Below are positions 38,920 through 49,487 of a stretch of 64,000 nucleotides of DNA, in pieces. The stretch covers positions 96,001 through 160,000 of the forward strand of contig JAFWDK010000010.1 in NCBI GenBank assembly GCA_017513085.1. Direction: 5' to 3'. How positions within the stretch are numbered: position 1 is the first letter of the stretch; each line of letters begins with the position of its first letter. The notes beneath the pieces were generated by a model. That model worked only from the letters and a program-made list of their open reading frames with translations. It did not search any database and was not told the DNA's origin. Both the position numbers and the translations under genes were made by a program. The stretch is from Clostridiales bacterium (GTDB lineage Bacteria > Bacillota > Clostridia > Saccharofermentanales > Saccharofermentanaceae).

Positions 38920-40821
38920 ATGGCGAATTTTGCGGAGGTCTTGCAAGGTTTTAGTTCTCTTGTTATTGACTATTCTGCTTTACTTGAACTAGTAGACCCG
39001 GTGATTCAGAATTCACTGGTTACAACAATCATAAATCAGAATAAAACGGTTTATATCAGTAAGTCTTTTAAGGCTTTCCATGAATGTGTCGTTCGTGCCC
39101 ATAACCCCAATGACGACGGAATTCTTGAGGTGACGAAGGAGTCTTTACGCCGCCTCGTGGATGCGAAGATCCTGCGTGCCAGCAAGAGTGGTTCGACTGT
39201 AGATTTTTTTCTTGAACACCTGAAAAATGATGATGAATGCTTGCTTATCGGTCGTAACAGTACGGCCTTTATGCGCCTTCGAAATATCAATGCCAATGGT
39301 CTTTGTTCAGTTTTTGTCGTAGATAACGGAAACATCCGCTTTTATCCGGATGTGAATGCCTGCATGGAGAAGGAAGTTGCCTACTCTGTAAACCCGATTG
39401 CCGGAAATGTTGACTATATCGCTGTGGATATATATTTCAGTGTCGGTGACGTGGTTTATACAGACGAAAATGATGCGATCAAGCTTTCGTCGCTGATCAG
39501 TACCGGCGCCGAGGGTCTTGTTTTCAATACGAATCTTGATGGCTGGGTAGCTAAAGTCTATCATCGTGGCGGCATTACTCCGTTGCGCTGGTATAAACTT
39601 ATGAAAATGCGTGAACTCGGACTTGAAGCGGAAAATATCTGCTGGCCGTTCCGCCTGTTGTTTTCTAAAGATAAGGTGCCGGTCGGTTATCTGATGAGAA
39701 AAGCGTCAGGAGTAACCATAAGCCGTGCTTTTGACGGACCGGACGCCATGAATACATATTTCCCGTCATGGATGAGACTTCATGTGGTTGATTCTGCGCT
39801 GTCCTTTCTCCATATCATGGACTATCTTCACTTGCATGGCGTTCTTGTAGGAGATATTCAGCTTAAGAATGCCATGATCGATGATGAGGATCATGTCTAT
39901 CTTATTGATATTGATAGTGTTCAGTATCAGGATCTCCCTTGCCCGGTAGGTACGGAAGAGTTTACCCGTCCGGAGCTTTGGAATAAATCGTTTGTTTCTT
40001 TTCTGAGAAGACCTCAGGATGAGGATTATTCTATAGCGATTCTTGTTTTCTCGATGCTTTTCTGCGGCCAGCATCCATATGCTCAGCGCAACGGCCTGGA
40101 GACGCTTCGTGATGAAATGGAAGCAAGATCTTTTCCCTATACTGTCGATGATTCACAGAATGAACGTATACCGATCGGTGGATACGATAAGATCTGGGAT
40201 GCGTTGACACCTACTTTAAAGGATATGTTTGTCCGTGCATTTGCCAGGGGCGAGCTTTTTGATTCCGTAGAATGGACGATTGCGCTTACTGAATACCGTG
40301 AGAAGTTGAGTAAGCATGAGATCGAAGATGAGGAGTACTACAATGTATTCCCGTATTTTGAGGAAGAACAGGACGAGGATGTTCCGAAGAAAAAGCATAT
40401 TGGAAAGGTCAGTGTCAGAGAGGCAGTCATGAATTCCAACTGGAATTCTGCCGATACTGCAGATCTGTATGCAAAACAGGTTGACGGGAAGGAGCGTGCG
40501 CAAGAGACCTCCAGACCGCGTGTTCAGAATACTCCTAAGATGGGTGGAAATACCGGCGGTTATGTTCCTCCGAAAAAGCCCGAGCCTCGCCCTCAGTATG
40601 AGAAGCAGAGTTCCGAGCAATCTCCTTTTGCTTCGAAACCTTCTGCAGATAAGAGTTATAATAATAGTAGCCGGATCATTTCATCACCGGCTCCAGCGCA
40701 GCAGACACATTTGCCGATGAATGACAAGCCTGACGGATTTTCCAAGATTAAGCTCGCGGCTGTCCTGTTGATTCTTCTGGGACTTGGTCTGGTTGCTTTG
40801 ATTTACTATTTGTTGAGATGA
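38920..40821 (+). CDS. Ser/Thr protein kinase (TerY-P type) with degenerate N-terminal PIN-like domain and C-terminal TM anchor
   Basis: STGAEGLVF, VAKVY, VGDIQLKN, LIDIDS, VGTEEFTRPE, GQHPY; N-terminal LVIDYSALL. Confidence 0.85.
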   Translation: MANFAEVLQGFSSLVIDYSALLELVDPVIQNSLVTTIINQNKTVYISKSFKAFHECVVRAHNPNDDGILEVTKESLRRLVDAKILRASKSGSTVDFFLEHLKNDDECLLIGRNSTAFMRLRNINANGLCSVFVVDNGNIRFYPDVNACMEKEVAYSVNPIAGNVDYIAVDIYFSVGDVVYTDENDAIKLSSLISTGAEGLVFNTNLDGWVAKVYHRGGITPLRWYKLMKMRELGLEAENICWPFRLLFSKDKVPVGYLMRKASGVTISRAFDGPDAMNTYFPSWMRLHVVDSALSFLHIMDYLHLHGVLVGDIQLKNAMIDDEDHVYLIDIDSVQYQDLPCPVGTEEFTRPELWNKSFVSFLRRPQDEDYSIAILVFSMLFCGQHPYAQRNGLETLRDEMEARSFPYTVDDSQNERIPIGGYDKIWDALTPTLKDMFVRAFARGELFDSVEWTIALTEYREKLSKHEIEDEEYYNVFPYFEEEQDEDVPKKKHIGKVSVREAVMNSNWNSADTADLYAKQVDGKERAQETSRPRVQNTPKMGGNTGGYVPPKKPEPRPQYEKQSSEQSPFASKPSADKSYNNSSRIISSPAPAQQTHLPMNDKPDGFSKIKLAAVLLILLGLGLVALIYYLLR

Positions 40822-40831
40822 GGAGGAATAT

Positions 40832-41572
40832 ATGAGTAGCGATATTGGTGGTTTTTCAAAATCAGATTTTGGCAGCAGCACTAGACGCCGTCTGCCGATT
40901 TGCTTTTGTTTGGACATCAGCGGTTCTATGGCGGGGTATCCGATCGAGCAGCTGAATGATGGTCTGCAGAGTTTCTTTTCTTCTATTCGTGAGAATGAGG
41001 AGACACGTTCTTCCGCAGATATTGCAATCATTACTTTTGGCGGTTCCGTAGATATCTTCCTTCCTTTCGGAAAAACCAGTAAAGACCAGAGCATCCCAAG
41101 ATTGCAGGCAACGACAAGTTTGACGCCGATCGGTGAGGGTATCCTGACCGCTCTTGAACTTCTCGATGCCCGTAAGATCGGCTATAAGCAGATGGGTATC
41201 AAATATTATCAGCCATGGCTGGTCGTTATCACAGATGGTGCTCCGCAAGGCACCAATGCTGTAGAAAATATGGAGAAAGCTATAGCTGCGGTTCGTGAAC
41301 TCGAAGATAATGAGAAACTGGTCGTATTTAATATTGGTGTAGGTAACAGCGCGGATTTCCCGATGTTGCAGAGACTGTCCGGAAAGAGAGATAAGCCTAT
41401 CTCGATCAGCACGGCTCAGTTTGGTAAGTTGTTCGCGTTCCTCGGTTCCAGTAGTTCTTCTGTTGTTTCCAACAGTATGGGAAGTGACGCTCTCTATAAT
41501 CTGAATCAGGAGCCGGAAGGCACTTCCATTGCGATGGAAGACTTCTTCCGCACGATAGAGGAGAGTCAGTAA
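40832..41572 (+). CDS. terY: vWA domain protein (TerY/YegL family)
   Basis: RRLPICFCLDISGSM MIDAS motif, YYQPWLVVITDGAP, IGVG. Confidence 0.9.
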   Translation: MSSDIGGFSKSDFGSSTRRRLPICFCLDISGSMAGYPIEQLNDGLQSFFSSIRENEETRSSADIAIITFGGSVDIFLPFGKTSKDQSIPRLQATTSLTPIGEGILTALELLDARKIGYKQMGIKYYQPWLVVITDGAPQGTNAVENMEKAIAAVRELEDNEKLVVFNIGVGNSADFPMLQRLSGKRDKPISISTAQFGKLFAFLGSSSSSVVSNSMGSDALYNLNQEPEGTSIAMEDFFRTIEESQ

Positions 41573-41573
41573 C

Positions 41574-42770
41574 ATGCGTCCGGAGCCGATATTGGCGAAT
41601 GTTTCTCTAATAGGGAATAAGCATATCAATCGTAATACGCCTTGTGAGGATTCGTCCTTTTCACTTACCAGAAATGGTGTTTCTGTAGTCTGTATTTCCG
41701 ATGGAGCCGGTGGTTCCAAGTATACGCATGCCCGATATGGTTCTAAGTGCGCTGTGGAATGTGTTGCAGAACTTCTGACGAGTCATTTTGATGCGTTCTA
41801 TTTTGAGAATAGAGAGAGTGTCTGCAGAAGCATTCTGGTGACTGCAGTACACTCCAAAATGGCGGATCTGCTTGTCGAACATGAATTAGATGGCCTGGAA
41901 AGACTGTCTTGTACTTTGCTGTTCGTTGCGGTCAAGGGAGATCTTGTTCTGGCCGGACATATTGGCGATGGTTTAATTTGCAGGGTGTCCCCGCACGGAC
42001 TGTCTCCGCTGACGCTTCCCGCAAATGGCGAGAATGCCTCTTCCACATATTTTATTACGTTTCCTAATGCGCAGGAATACCTTCGTCTGATTAAGACGAC
42101 GACAGACAATACCCATGCTTTTGTTCTGATGTCAGATGGCGTGGAGGATATGGTCTATGATGCTTCCAACCAACTGGTCAGACCGGTTGTTGCGCGTCTG
42201 GCAGAGTTGGCTTCTCAAGGAAAAGAGAAAGCGGAAGAGGCTCTTGCGGCTACAATTAAGGAATTTGTTGTCGATGCAAGTCAGAATTCAGATGATGCAT
42301 CGGTTGGGATATTGTATTTGACAGGTACTTCGGCACCTGATTTTTCGGCTTTGGCTGATAGTAAAGCTAAAGTTGAGAGAGATTTTAACGACACGATGCG
42401 AGCTGTACAGATGGAATTGGTTCCACAAGTTAAGCATGCGCAGGAAATTCTTTCGAAAATCAATTGCCAAAGTACGCCTGAAAGTGGTAAATTAGAAGGT
42501 AAGAATACTGTCGATGATGAGTCTGTGGATGGCAATAGGGATAAAATGGATTCGGAGTCGACAGCGAGTGAGCATAAAGATGCTGATTTGAAGGATTCTG
42601 ACAAGACGGGCAAACTGGTCGGAAGTGAGACGGAGACAGAACAAGAGGAATCTCGTTCTAGTAAGCTGGAGATTCCGAATGGACGCAAGGTTGTTCCTTT
42701 GTGGGCGTTTTTGTTAATGACCGGACTCTTCATCGCAGCATTAATTGTACTGGCAATCATCGGATTGTAA
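41574..42770 (+). CDS. PP2C-family phosphatase (TerY-P type) with acidic linker and C-terminal TM anchor
   Basis: G..H...PCED, ISDGAGGS, HIGDG, LMSDG, DDAS. Confidence 0.9.
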   Translation: MRPEPILANVSLIGNKHINRNTPCEDSSFSLTRNGVSVVCISDGAGGSKYTHARYGSKCAVECVAELLTSHFDAFYFENRESVCRSILVTAVHSKMADLLVEHELDGLERLSCTLLFVAVKGDLVLAGHIGDGLICRVSPHGLSPLTLPANGENASSTYFITFPNAQEYLRLIKTTTDNTHAFVLMSDGVEDMVYDASNQLVRPVVARLAELASQGKEKAEEALAATIKEFVVDASQNSDDASVGILYLTGTSAPDFSALADSKAKVERDFNDTMRAVQMELVPQVKHAQEILSKINCQSTPESGKLEGKNTVDDESVDGNRDKMDSESTASEHKDADLKDSDKTGKLVGSETETEQEESRSSKLEIPNGRKVVPLWAFLLMTGLFIAALIVLAIIGL

Positions 42771-42781
42771 TTGGGGGCAGT

Positions 42782-43390
42782 ATGAGTGAGATCGTTAAAC
42801 AGAGAAAATATAACTTCGTATCATCAGTGAAGTTGCCGAAACTCGAGGAGATCATCGAGGCAGCTTCTGATTTTTCCACGCCTACTGAAAAGAAGATCTT
42901 AGTCGGTGAAGACCAGACAAAGAAGAAGAGCATCGAAGATATCACCAAACAGGTGACCATGTCCAAGGAACAGCTCGAACTTCAGAAGCTGGGTATTGCT
43001 GTTGCGGATGCCGAAATCAAGCGTGCTAAGGAGAAGGAACTTGCTCGTGCAGAGGAGCTTCGCCGTCTGTGTAAAGAACGCGAGATGATGGCCCAGAAGC
43101 GTGCGGAAGAAGAAGCGATGAAGGCCGCTGATGGAACAACGGCGAAGAAGACTATTGTTGAAGAATCTTTTTCAGAAGCAGATGTTCCGGAAGAAATCGA
43201 GGAGAAGGTTTATGCCGATCTCTCCGAAGTGGCCGAGAATCCTTTCGACGAGAGCAAAGCTGCGAAGAAGAGAGAGCCGGCTGAGAAGCATGAATTCCAG
43301 GAGACCATTCTTGAAGATGACTATACAGAAGAGATGGACTTCCTGGATGATAGTTCCGAGTCAGTCGATGATGACTTCCTGGATTTCTGA
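42782..43390 (+). CDS. Hypothetical charged coiled-coil protein with acidic tail
   Basis: ORF with genome-typical codon use; E/K-rich helix; ends VDDDFLDF. Confidence 0.7.
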   Translation: MSEIVKQRKYNFVSSVKLPKLEEIIEAASDFSTPTEKKILVGEDQTKKKSIEDITKQVTMSKEQLELQKLGIAVADAEIKRAKEKELARAEELRRLCKEREMMAQKRAEEEAMKAADGTTAKKTIVEESFSEADVPEEIEEKVYADLSEVAENPFDESKAAKKREPAEKHEFQETILEDDYTEEMDFLDDSSESVDDDFLDF

Positions 43391-43418
43391 TCATTAGTCG
43401 TAACCCATAGAATTATTA

Positions 43419-43445
43419 AGGCCTGCAGAAATAAACTGCAGGCCT
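43419..43445. terminator. Terminator between convergent genes
   Basis: AGGCCTGCAG-AAATAAA-CTGCAGGCCT. Confidence 0.85.
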
Positions 43446-43488
43446 GTTTGTTTTTTGTGGGGTTTGAAACATGAAGGGAATTGAATAT

Positions 43489-44460
43489 TCAGATACGACA
43501 CCTTACTAATAGAATAAGTATGTAGATTGAATTGATGGCAACGTGAAGGAGAATAAATCTCTCGGTTACTTTCTGGTTTGCCCAACCTAATTCCTTACGG
43601 CAATGATCGTGAAGCGGTGTACGGATGCCTTTCAAAGGATCGAGTTTCTTCTTAGTTGCGCGGAGAACGGCGAGTTTCAGAAGAGAAGAACCGCCATCGC
43701 AGATCAACGGAAGACAGATGATGATGTATGAGAATGGATTGGCCGTAGCCATGGCAAAAAGAGCCAGAAGAACGCCGATTGCCTGAGAACCGGAATCTCC
43801 CATCAGCAAGGTGCTCGGATGACAGTTGAACCAGAGATAAACACCTAATACCGGAACAAGATAGATCATAGCACTCTGTATCATGGATGTTGGTCCTGCT
43901 GTGATCACGGTCATCAAAATAAAGGTTATTGTTGCCACCATGGACATTCCGCCGCAAAGACCATCTACGCCGTCGCTTGCGTTAGTGAAATTTATGGAAA
44001 GCCATACAAGAAGCGCGGCCAGAACGATATACAAAGGAAATGGTATGGTAAAATAAATATTCAGAGAGAAGATATATATAGTTCTCGGGAATAGTAAAGC
44101 GGCCAGCACGGCTGATCCCAGAGCAACGAATATGTCGGTTAACGCTTTCTTCATTGCGCTCCAGTTGTGCTTGTCATCCAGAAATCCGAAAATAGCAGCA
44201 CATAGAACGAATAGATATACACCGGCTTCTTTTATTGTGAGTGTAGTGAAAAGGGCAAGGCTTACGATCATGCAACTGATGAATATGATGCCGGCGCTGG
44301 TCGGTTTTCCCTTGGCACTGGCGCCGTCAACGGCAAAAGCTCTGCCGCCGTCAGTCGGAAGATACTTGTTTTGTCTTCTTAATGCGATATAAGTAGTAAT
44401 AAGCGTAAATATAGGTCCGATAAGTCCCCAATACTTCGATGGAAACAGATATGCAAACAA
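43489..44460 (-). CDS. mraY: Phospho-N-acetylmuramoyl-pentapeptide transferase (MraY family)
   Basis: KGKPTSAG, GFLDD, NASDGVDGL, MGDSGS, TPLHDH; TTG start after a GGGGG RBS. Confidence 0.85.
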   Translation of the reverse strand: MFAYLFPSKYWGLIGPIFTLITTYIALRRQNKYLPTDGGRAFAVDGASAKGKPTSAGIIFISCMIVSLALFTTLTIKEAGVYLFVLCAAIFGFLDDKHNWSAMKKALTDIFVALGSAVLAALLFPRTIYIFSLNIYFTIPFPLYIVLAALLVWLSINFTNASDGVDGLCGGMSMVATITFILMTVITAGPTSMIQSAMIYLVPVLGVYLWFNCHPSTLLMGDSGSQAIGVLLALFAMATANPFSYIIICLPLICDGGSSLLKLAVLRATKKKLDPLKGIRTPLHDHCRKELGWANQKVTERFILLHVAINSIYILILLVRCRI

Positions 44461-44589
44461 ACTAAATACCCCCACTTTGAAACAGTTCTTTTCAAGCAAA
44501 ACCTATAATAACACAAATTAAAATAATATAGTATAATATACGGACGAGTTACTTTTAACAGAAATGTACTTGAGATAGGAGACTTTTTC

Positions 44590-46323
44590 ATGGATTTTAG
44601 AAAAGCAGTAGCGACAAAGGTTTCAGAAGTTACCGGTTTGGATCTTGATACAGTCAATCGGCTGGTGGAAATTCCTCCGCAAGCAGATATGGGTGATTAC
44701 GCATTCCCTTGTTTTGCTCTTGCCAAGACGATGCACAAGGCGCCGAACATGATCGCGTCGGACCTGGCTTCCAATGATGCATTTTCCGCACAGTGGCTCT
44801 CCCGTGTGGAAGCTAAGGGACCATACCTTAATTTTTTTGTGGATCGTGGTGAATATGTCCGTGAAGTTCTTAGCGAAGTACTGAAAGAAGGACTGACCTA
44901 TGGTCAATCGGAGGAGGGTGCCGGAAAGACTGTTGTCGTTGAGTTCTCTTCACCGAATATTGCGAAGCCGTTCCATGTCGGACATGCTTTTACTACGATC
45001 CTTGGTCATTCTTTGTCCCGTATCTATGAAAAACTCGGCTATAAGGTCGTCCGGATGAACCATCTGGGAGATTATGGTACGCAGTTCGGTAAGCTTATCA
45101 CTGCTTTCCGCCTTTGGGGCGATGAAGCGGCTTTAGAGAAGAACGCGATTGATGAGCTGCTCCGGATTTACGTCAAATTCCATGAAGAAGAGAAGAAAGA
45201 TCCTTCCCTGACAACATCTGCCCGCGAGAATTTTAAGAAGCTCGAGGATGGTTGTCCGGAAGAAGTGGCTCTCTGGACACGGTTCAGAGATCTTTCCCTG
45301 AAAGAGTTCCAGATCCTTTACGATCGCATGGGCGTGACTTTTGATAACTATAATGGTGAAAGTTATTACAGTTCCAAGATCCCGGCAATCGTGGACATGC
45401 TCCGCGAGAAAGGGCTTCTGGTGGAGAGCGAAGGCGCACAGGTCGTCATGCTGGATGATAAGAAGCTTCCGCCATGCATTATCCTGAAATCGGACGGAAC
45501 GACGATCTACGCTTCGCGTGATCTGGCTGCGGCTAAATATCGTTATGATGAATACCACTTTGATAAGAATATCTATGTGGTAGGACTTCCGCAGGCACTG
45601 CACTTCCAGCAGGTATTTGCCGTGCTGGAGAAGGCGGGTATGCCTTTTGCGAAAAACTGCGAGCATGTTGGCTTCGGTCTCGTGAAGTTCCAGAATATGA
45701 AATTCAGTACACGTGAAGGAAATATCGTTACACTCGAAGATCTTTTGAATGAGAGCGTGGCGAAGACATATGAGATCATCAAAGCAAATGCCGAGACGAG
45801 AAATTCTGATCTGAGTGAGCAGGATCTTCGTGAAATCGCTGAGAAAGTCGGTCTTGGCGCCGTGATCTACACATATGTGAAAGCCGGAAGAGAAAGAGAT
45901 ATCGTTTTCTCATGGGACACCATGCTGGACTTTGAGGGTGACACCGCTCCGTATCTCATCTATACATACGCAAGAACCAAGTCGATCTTGCGCAAAGCTC
46001 TGGCCAATGGCATTTCTCCTGCAACTTCCGGCAGCGAGCTTCTAACCAGACTTGCCGGTGATGAAGAATTTGCCTGTGTGAAGGCGATTGCGGACCTGCC
46101 GGATGCAATCCGTAAGGCGGCTTCCAGCAATGAACCGTTTATGATCTCTCGTGCGGTAAGCGGTATTGCTAGAGCTTTTAACAGATTCTATAACAACTGT
46201 TCTATCCTTTCCGGGGATGATGAGGAGTTGAAAGTGGCACGTCTGGCTCTTTGCCAGTGTGTATGTGACTGTATCGAACTGGGTACCTATCTCCTGGGTA
46301 TCTCGGTTGTCGATCAGATGTAA
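44590..46323 (+). CDS. argS: Arginine--tRNA ligase
   Basis: EFSSPNIAKPFHVGH (HIGH motif), GDYGTQFG, FSTREG. Confidence 0.98.
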   Translation: MDFRKAVATKVSEVTGLDLDTVNRLVEIPPQADMGDYAFPCFALAKTMHKAPNMIASDLASNDAFSAQWLSRVEAKGPYLNFFVDRGEYVREVLSEVLKEGLTYGQSEEGAGKTVVVEFSSPNIAKPFHVGHAFTTILGHSLSRIYEKLGYKVVRMNHLGDYGTQFGKLITAFRLWGDEAALEKNAIDELLRIYVKFHEEEKKDPSLTTSARENFKKLEDGCPEEVALWTRFRDLSLKEFQILYDRMGVTFDNYNGESYYSSKIPAIVDMLREKGLLVESEGAQVVMLDDKKLPPCIILKSDGTTIYASRDLAAAKYRYDEYHFDKNIYVVGLPQALHFQQVFAVLEKAGMPFAKNCEHVGFGLVKFQNMKFSTREGNIVTLEDLLNESVAKTYEIIKANAETRNSDLSEQDLREIAEKVGLGAVIYTYVKAGRERDIVFSWDTMLDFEGDTAPYLIYTYARTKSILRKALANGISPATSGSELLTRLAGDEEFACVKAIADLPDAIRKAASSNEPFMISRAVSGIARAFNRFYNNCSILSGDDEELKVARLALCQCVCDCIELGTYLLGISVVDQM

Positions 46324-46343
46324 AATTCGGATCGAGGTGAACC

Positions 46344-48047
46344 ATGTCTGACGAAAACATGAAGATGCCGAAGTTTTCGGAAATCGAGTACAAAAGACCT
46401 TCTGTAGAGCATTTCCGCGAATGTGCCATGAGCACAAGACTGAAACTCATGACGGCCAGAGATCCGGAAGTTGTGGAAGCAGCGATCATGACGTTTCAAA
46501 GAGAGATAAGTGCTTTTGACACGGCTTACACGATCTGCATGATTCGTCACGACTTGGATACATCGGATGAGTTCTATAACGACGAGATGGATTTCTTCGA
46601 TGAAAACTATCCTGTTGTTTCCGATCTTGCCGCTAGTGTATATACTCAGCTTCTCCACTCGGAGATCCGCCCACAGCTGGAAGAGCGGTTTGGGACGATG
46701 ATCTTCCGTAAGACGCAGAACCAGAGGGATATCGTTAATAGTGAGGTTCTTGATCTTCTGGCTGAAGAGAGCTCTCTGGAGAATGAATACAGTCAGATCC
46801 TTTCAGAAGCCGATATAGTTTTTAAAGGCCGCCATAATACGATTTCGACAATGAACCCTTTCCTGGAGTCCACAAACCGTGAAGAGCGGAAGAAGGCGCA
46901 TAAGGCGGTTTCGGATTATTACGCTGCGCAGAAGCCGAAATTCGATGAAATCTACGATAAGATGGTAAAGATCCGTACGGAGATCTCACACAAACTGGGA
47001 TTCCGGAATTTCGTAGAACTGGGATATAAGCGCATGGAGCGCTATGATTACAATGAGGATATGGTTAAGGAATTCCGTGATAATGTGGTGAAGTATATCG
47101 TGCCGCTTACCTCGGAGATACGAAGACTTCAGAAGAACAGGTTGGACGTGGATAAACTCTGCTATTATGATCTGCCGTGTCTGTTTGTTCACGGAAATCC
47201 GGTACCGGTGATCCCGCAGAGTGAATACTTTGAGACCGGATCGAAAATGTTCGGGCAGATGTTCGATAAGGATCCGAGTTTCTTCCAGGTCCTTGGCGAA
47301 CATGATTTTATGGATCTGTTTTCCAGACAGAATAAATCCACAGGCGGATATTGCGCTTCGCTTCTGGACTATGGTATTCCTTTTGTATTGATGAATGCGA
47401 ACAGCACTTCCGATGATATCGCGACTATGGTGCATGAGTCCGGACATGCGTATGCAGCGCTTCGAAGCATCGACTCTTCTCAGTTTATTGAGTGCCTGTC
47501 TCCTACGCTGGAAGCTTGTGAGATCCATTCTACGGCGATGGAGTATCTTTCTTATCCTTTCATGGAAATGTTTTTCAAGGAACATGCCGATGCGTATCGC
47601 GAACAGCATATGACACTGGCTCTTCTTTTCCTTCCGTATGGTTGCCTGGTAGACGAATATCAGCATGTGGTGTATAAGAATCCGGATATGACGCCGGAAG
47701 AACGCCACGCGGCATGGAGAGAGCTGGAGAAAAAATATCAGCCGGATATCGACTACGATGGAGATGCATTTTATGAGCAGGGTGGAGCATGGATGAAGAA
47801 GGAGCATATCTTTACTTCTCCGTTCTACTACATTGATTACTGCCTTGCACAGGTTTGTGCGCTTCAGATCTGGGATATTTCAAGGAAGAACAGAAAAAAG
47901 GCGATGAGTATTTACGATCACCTGTGTGCAGAAGGCGGTACGAAGACGCTGATCGACCTGGTGGAGGATGCAGGCCTGGAATCTCCGTTTTCACTTGATG
48001 TGATGAAGAAGATTGCCTATCAGGTTTGTGACTATTTGAATCTATGA
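46344..48047 (+). CDS. M3 family oligoendopeptidase (PepF-like)
   Basis: HESGH zinc motif, EIHSTAME, HIFTSPFYYIDY. Confidence 0.93.
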   Translation: MSDENMKMPKFSEIEYKRPSVEHFRECAMSTRLKLMTARDPEVVEAAIMTFQREISAFDTAYTICMIRHDLDTSDEFYNDEMDFFDENYPVVSDLAASVYTQLLHSEIRPQLEERFGTMIFRKTQNQRDIVNSEVLDLLAEESSLENEYSQILSEADIVFKGRHNTISTMNPFLESTNREERKKAHKAVSDYYAAQKPKFDEIYDKMVKIRTEISHKLGFRNFVELGYKRMERYDYNEDMVKEFRDNVVKYIVPLTSEIRRLQKNRLDVDKLCYYDLPCLFVHGNPVPVIPQSEYFETGSKMFGQMFDKDPSFFQVLGEHDFMDLFSRQNKSTGGYCASLLDYGIPFVLMNANSTSDDIATMVHESGHAYAALRSIDSSQFIECLSPTLEACEIHSTAMEYLSYPFMEMFFKEHADAYREQHMTLALLFLPYGCLVDEYQHVVYKNPDMTPEERHAAWRELEKKYQPDIDYDGDAFYEQGGAWMKKEHIFTSPFYYIDYCLAQVCALQIWDISRKNRKKAMSIYDHLCAEGGTKTLIDLVEDAGLESPFSLDVMKKIAYQVCDYLNL

Positions 48048-49477
48048 AACTTCCGGAGTCATTTCAAAAACGGATGAGCGCCTACTTTTCTGAACGCGGC
48101 CTTCAAACTGAGGAGAAAGCGTTCTGGGAGTCTTATGAAAAAGCGCCTTTGCACGGCATTCGTTGGAATCGCCTAAAGATTGCATCTTCGGAGTATCAGG
48201 CCTTGATGCAGGATCTGGATCTGCCTTTCGATCCGGTTTCATGGTGCGACGGCGGATTCTATACGCCTGATATTTCTTTGGGAAAAGAACCGTATTACCA
48301 TGCAGGTGCTTACTATATCCAGGAACCCAGCGCAATGCTTCCTGCTTCGGTTTTGGGGACCCAACCGGGAGAATTCATTCTGGATATGTGCGCTGCACCG
48401 GGAGGAAAAGCAACCCGGATCGCCGAGGACTTAAACGGAGCCGGTCTTCTGGTTGCGAATGAGATCAATGCCGACAGATCCCGTGCGCTTCTCCGTAATT
48501 TGGAGAGAGCCGGAGCTTCTAATGTCGTTATTCTGAATGAGAATCCGAAGAATATGGTCAAGAATTTTTCCGGCTTTTTTGACAGGATCATCATCGATGC
48601 ACCTTGCTCCGGTGAAGGAATGTTCCGAAGAGATCCTTTTGCTCCGAAGAGCTGGGAAAAATTCGGTCCGTCGTCTTGTGTGCCGATCCAGAAAGAAATC
48701 CTCGGTTATGCGGATGCGATGCTGAAAGCAGGCGGGGATCTGGTCTATTCGACTTGTACATTCTGTGAAGAAGAGAATGAGAAACAGATACTGGGCTTTT
48801 TGCAGGAGCACCCGGATTATGTGATCGTTTCCCATACTGAACTTACCGGTGTTTCACACGATGAAAACGGGATGATGCGCATCTGGCCGCACAAAACCAG
48901 AGGAGAAGGTCATTTCTGTGTACATCTTCATAAAAACGGTGAAGAGCAGCGAGATGACAGTCGCAAGATCGAGAAAAACCCTTCCTCCACGCAGTTTACT
49001 TTTGTTAAAGCAAGGGAATGCTTTGAGAATTTTGCCCTCGGCCTTTTGGCGGAACCCTATAAAAACGAATACATTTCCAGGATCAAGACGGATTTTGTCT
49101 TGCATAAAGACAAAGTTCACATGCTTCCTGTTTCCGAATCTCTGTTCCGAGGATTGAAAGTCGTGAAGATGGGTGCTTTTCCGGGAGAAATCAAAGAGAC
49201 GGCAAAGGGAAGAGTATTCACTCCGTCTCAGGCTTTTGCGCTTGAACTGACCAGAGAGAAGATATCTGCGTCGAGATTTCTTTCTTTGAAAAGGACTGAT
49301 GAGAGATTATTGCGCTATCTGCGTTGTGAGACGATCATGCTGAATGAAGAAGAGCAGGATATGCTGGATAACGGCGAATATATCGTCATTGCCTGTGAGG
49401 ATTTTCCGTTGGGCTTTGGCAAAACACAGGGAAATACGGTCAAGAACGCCTACCCGAAGGCATGGCGGTTGGTATAA
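48044..49477 (+). CDS. rsmF: RsmF/NOL1 family rRNA m5C methyltransferase
   Basis: QEPSAM, DMCAAPGGK, DAPCSGEG, YSTCT. Confidence 0.92.
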   Translation: MKLPESFQKRMSAYFSERGLQTEEKAFWESYEKAPLHGIRWNRLKIASSEYQALMQDLDLPFDPVSWCDGGFYTPDISLGKEPYYHAGAYYIQEPSAMLPASVLGTQPGEFILDMCAAPGGKATRIAEDLNGAGLLVANEINADRSRALLRNLERAGASNVVILNENPKNMVKNFSGFFDRIIIDAPCSGEGMFRRDPFAPKSWEKFGPSSCVPIQKEILGYADAMLKAGGDLVYSTCTFCEEENEKQILGFLQEHPDYVIVSHTELTGVSHDENGMMRIWPHKTRGEGHFCVHLHKNGEEQRDDSRKIEKNPSSTQFTFVKARECFENFALGLLAEPYKNEYISRIKTDFVLHKDKVHMLPVSESLFRGLKVVKMGAFPGEIKETAKGRVFTPSQAFALELTREKISASRFLSLKRTDERLLRYLRCETIMLNEEEQDMLDNGEYIVIACEDFPLGFGKTQGNTVKNAYPKAWRLV

Positions 49478-49487
49478 GGAGGAAAAA

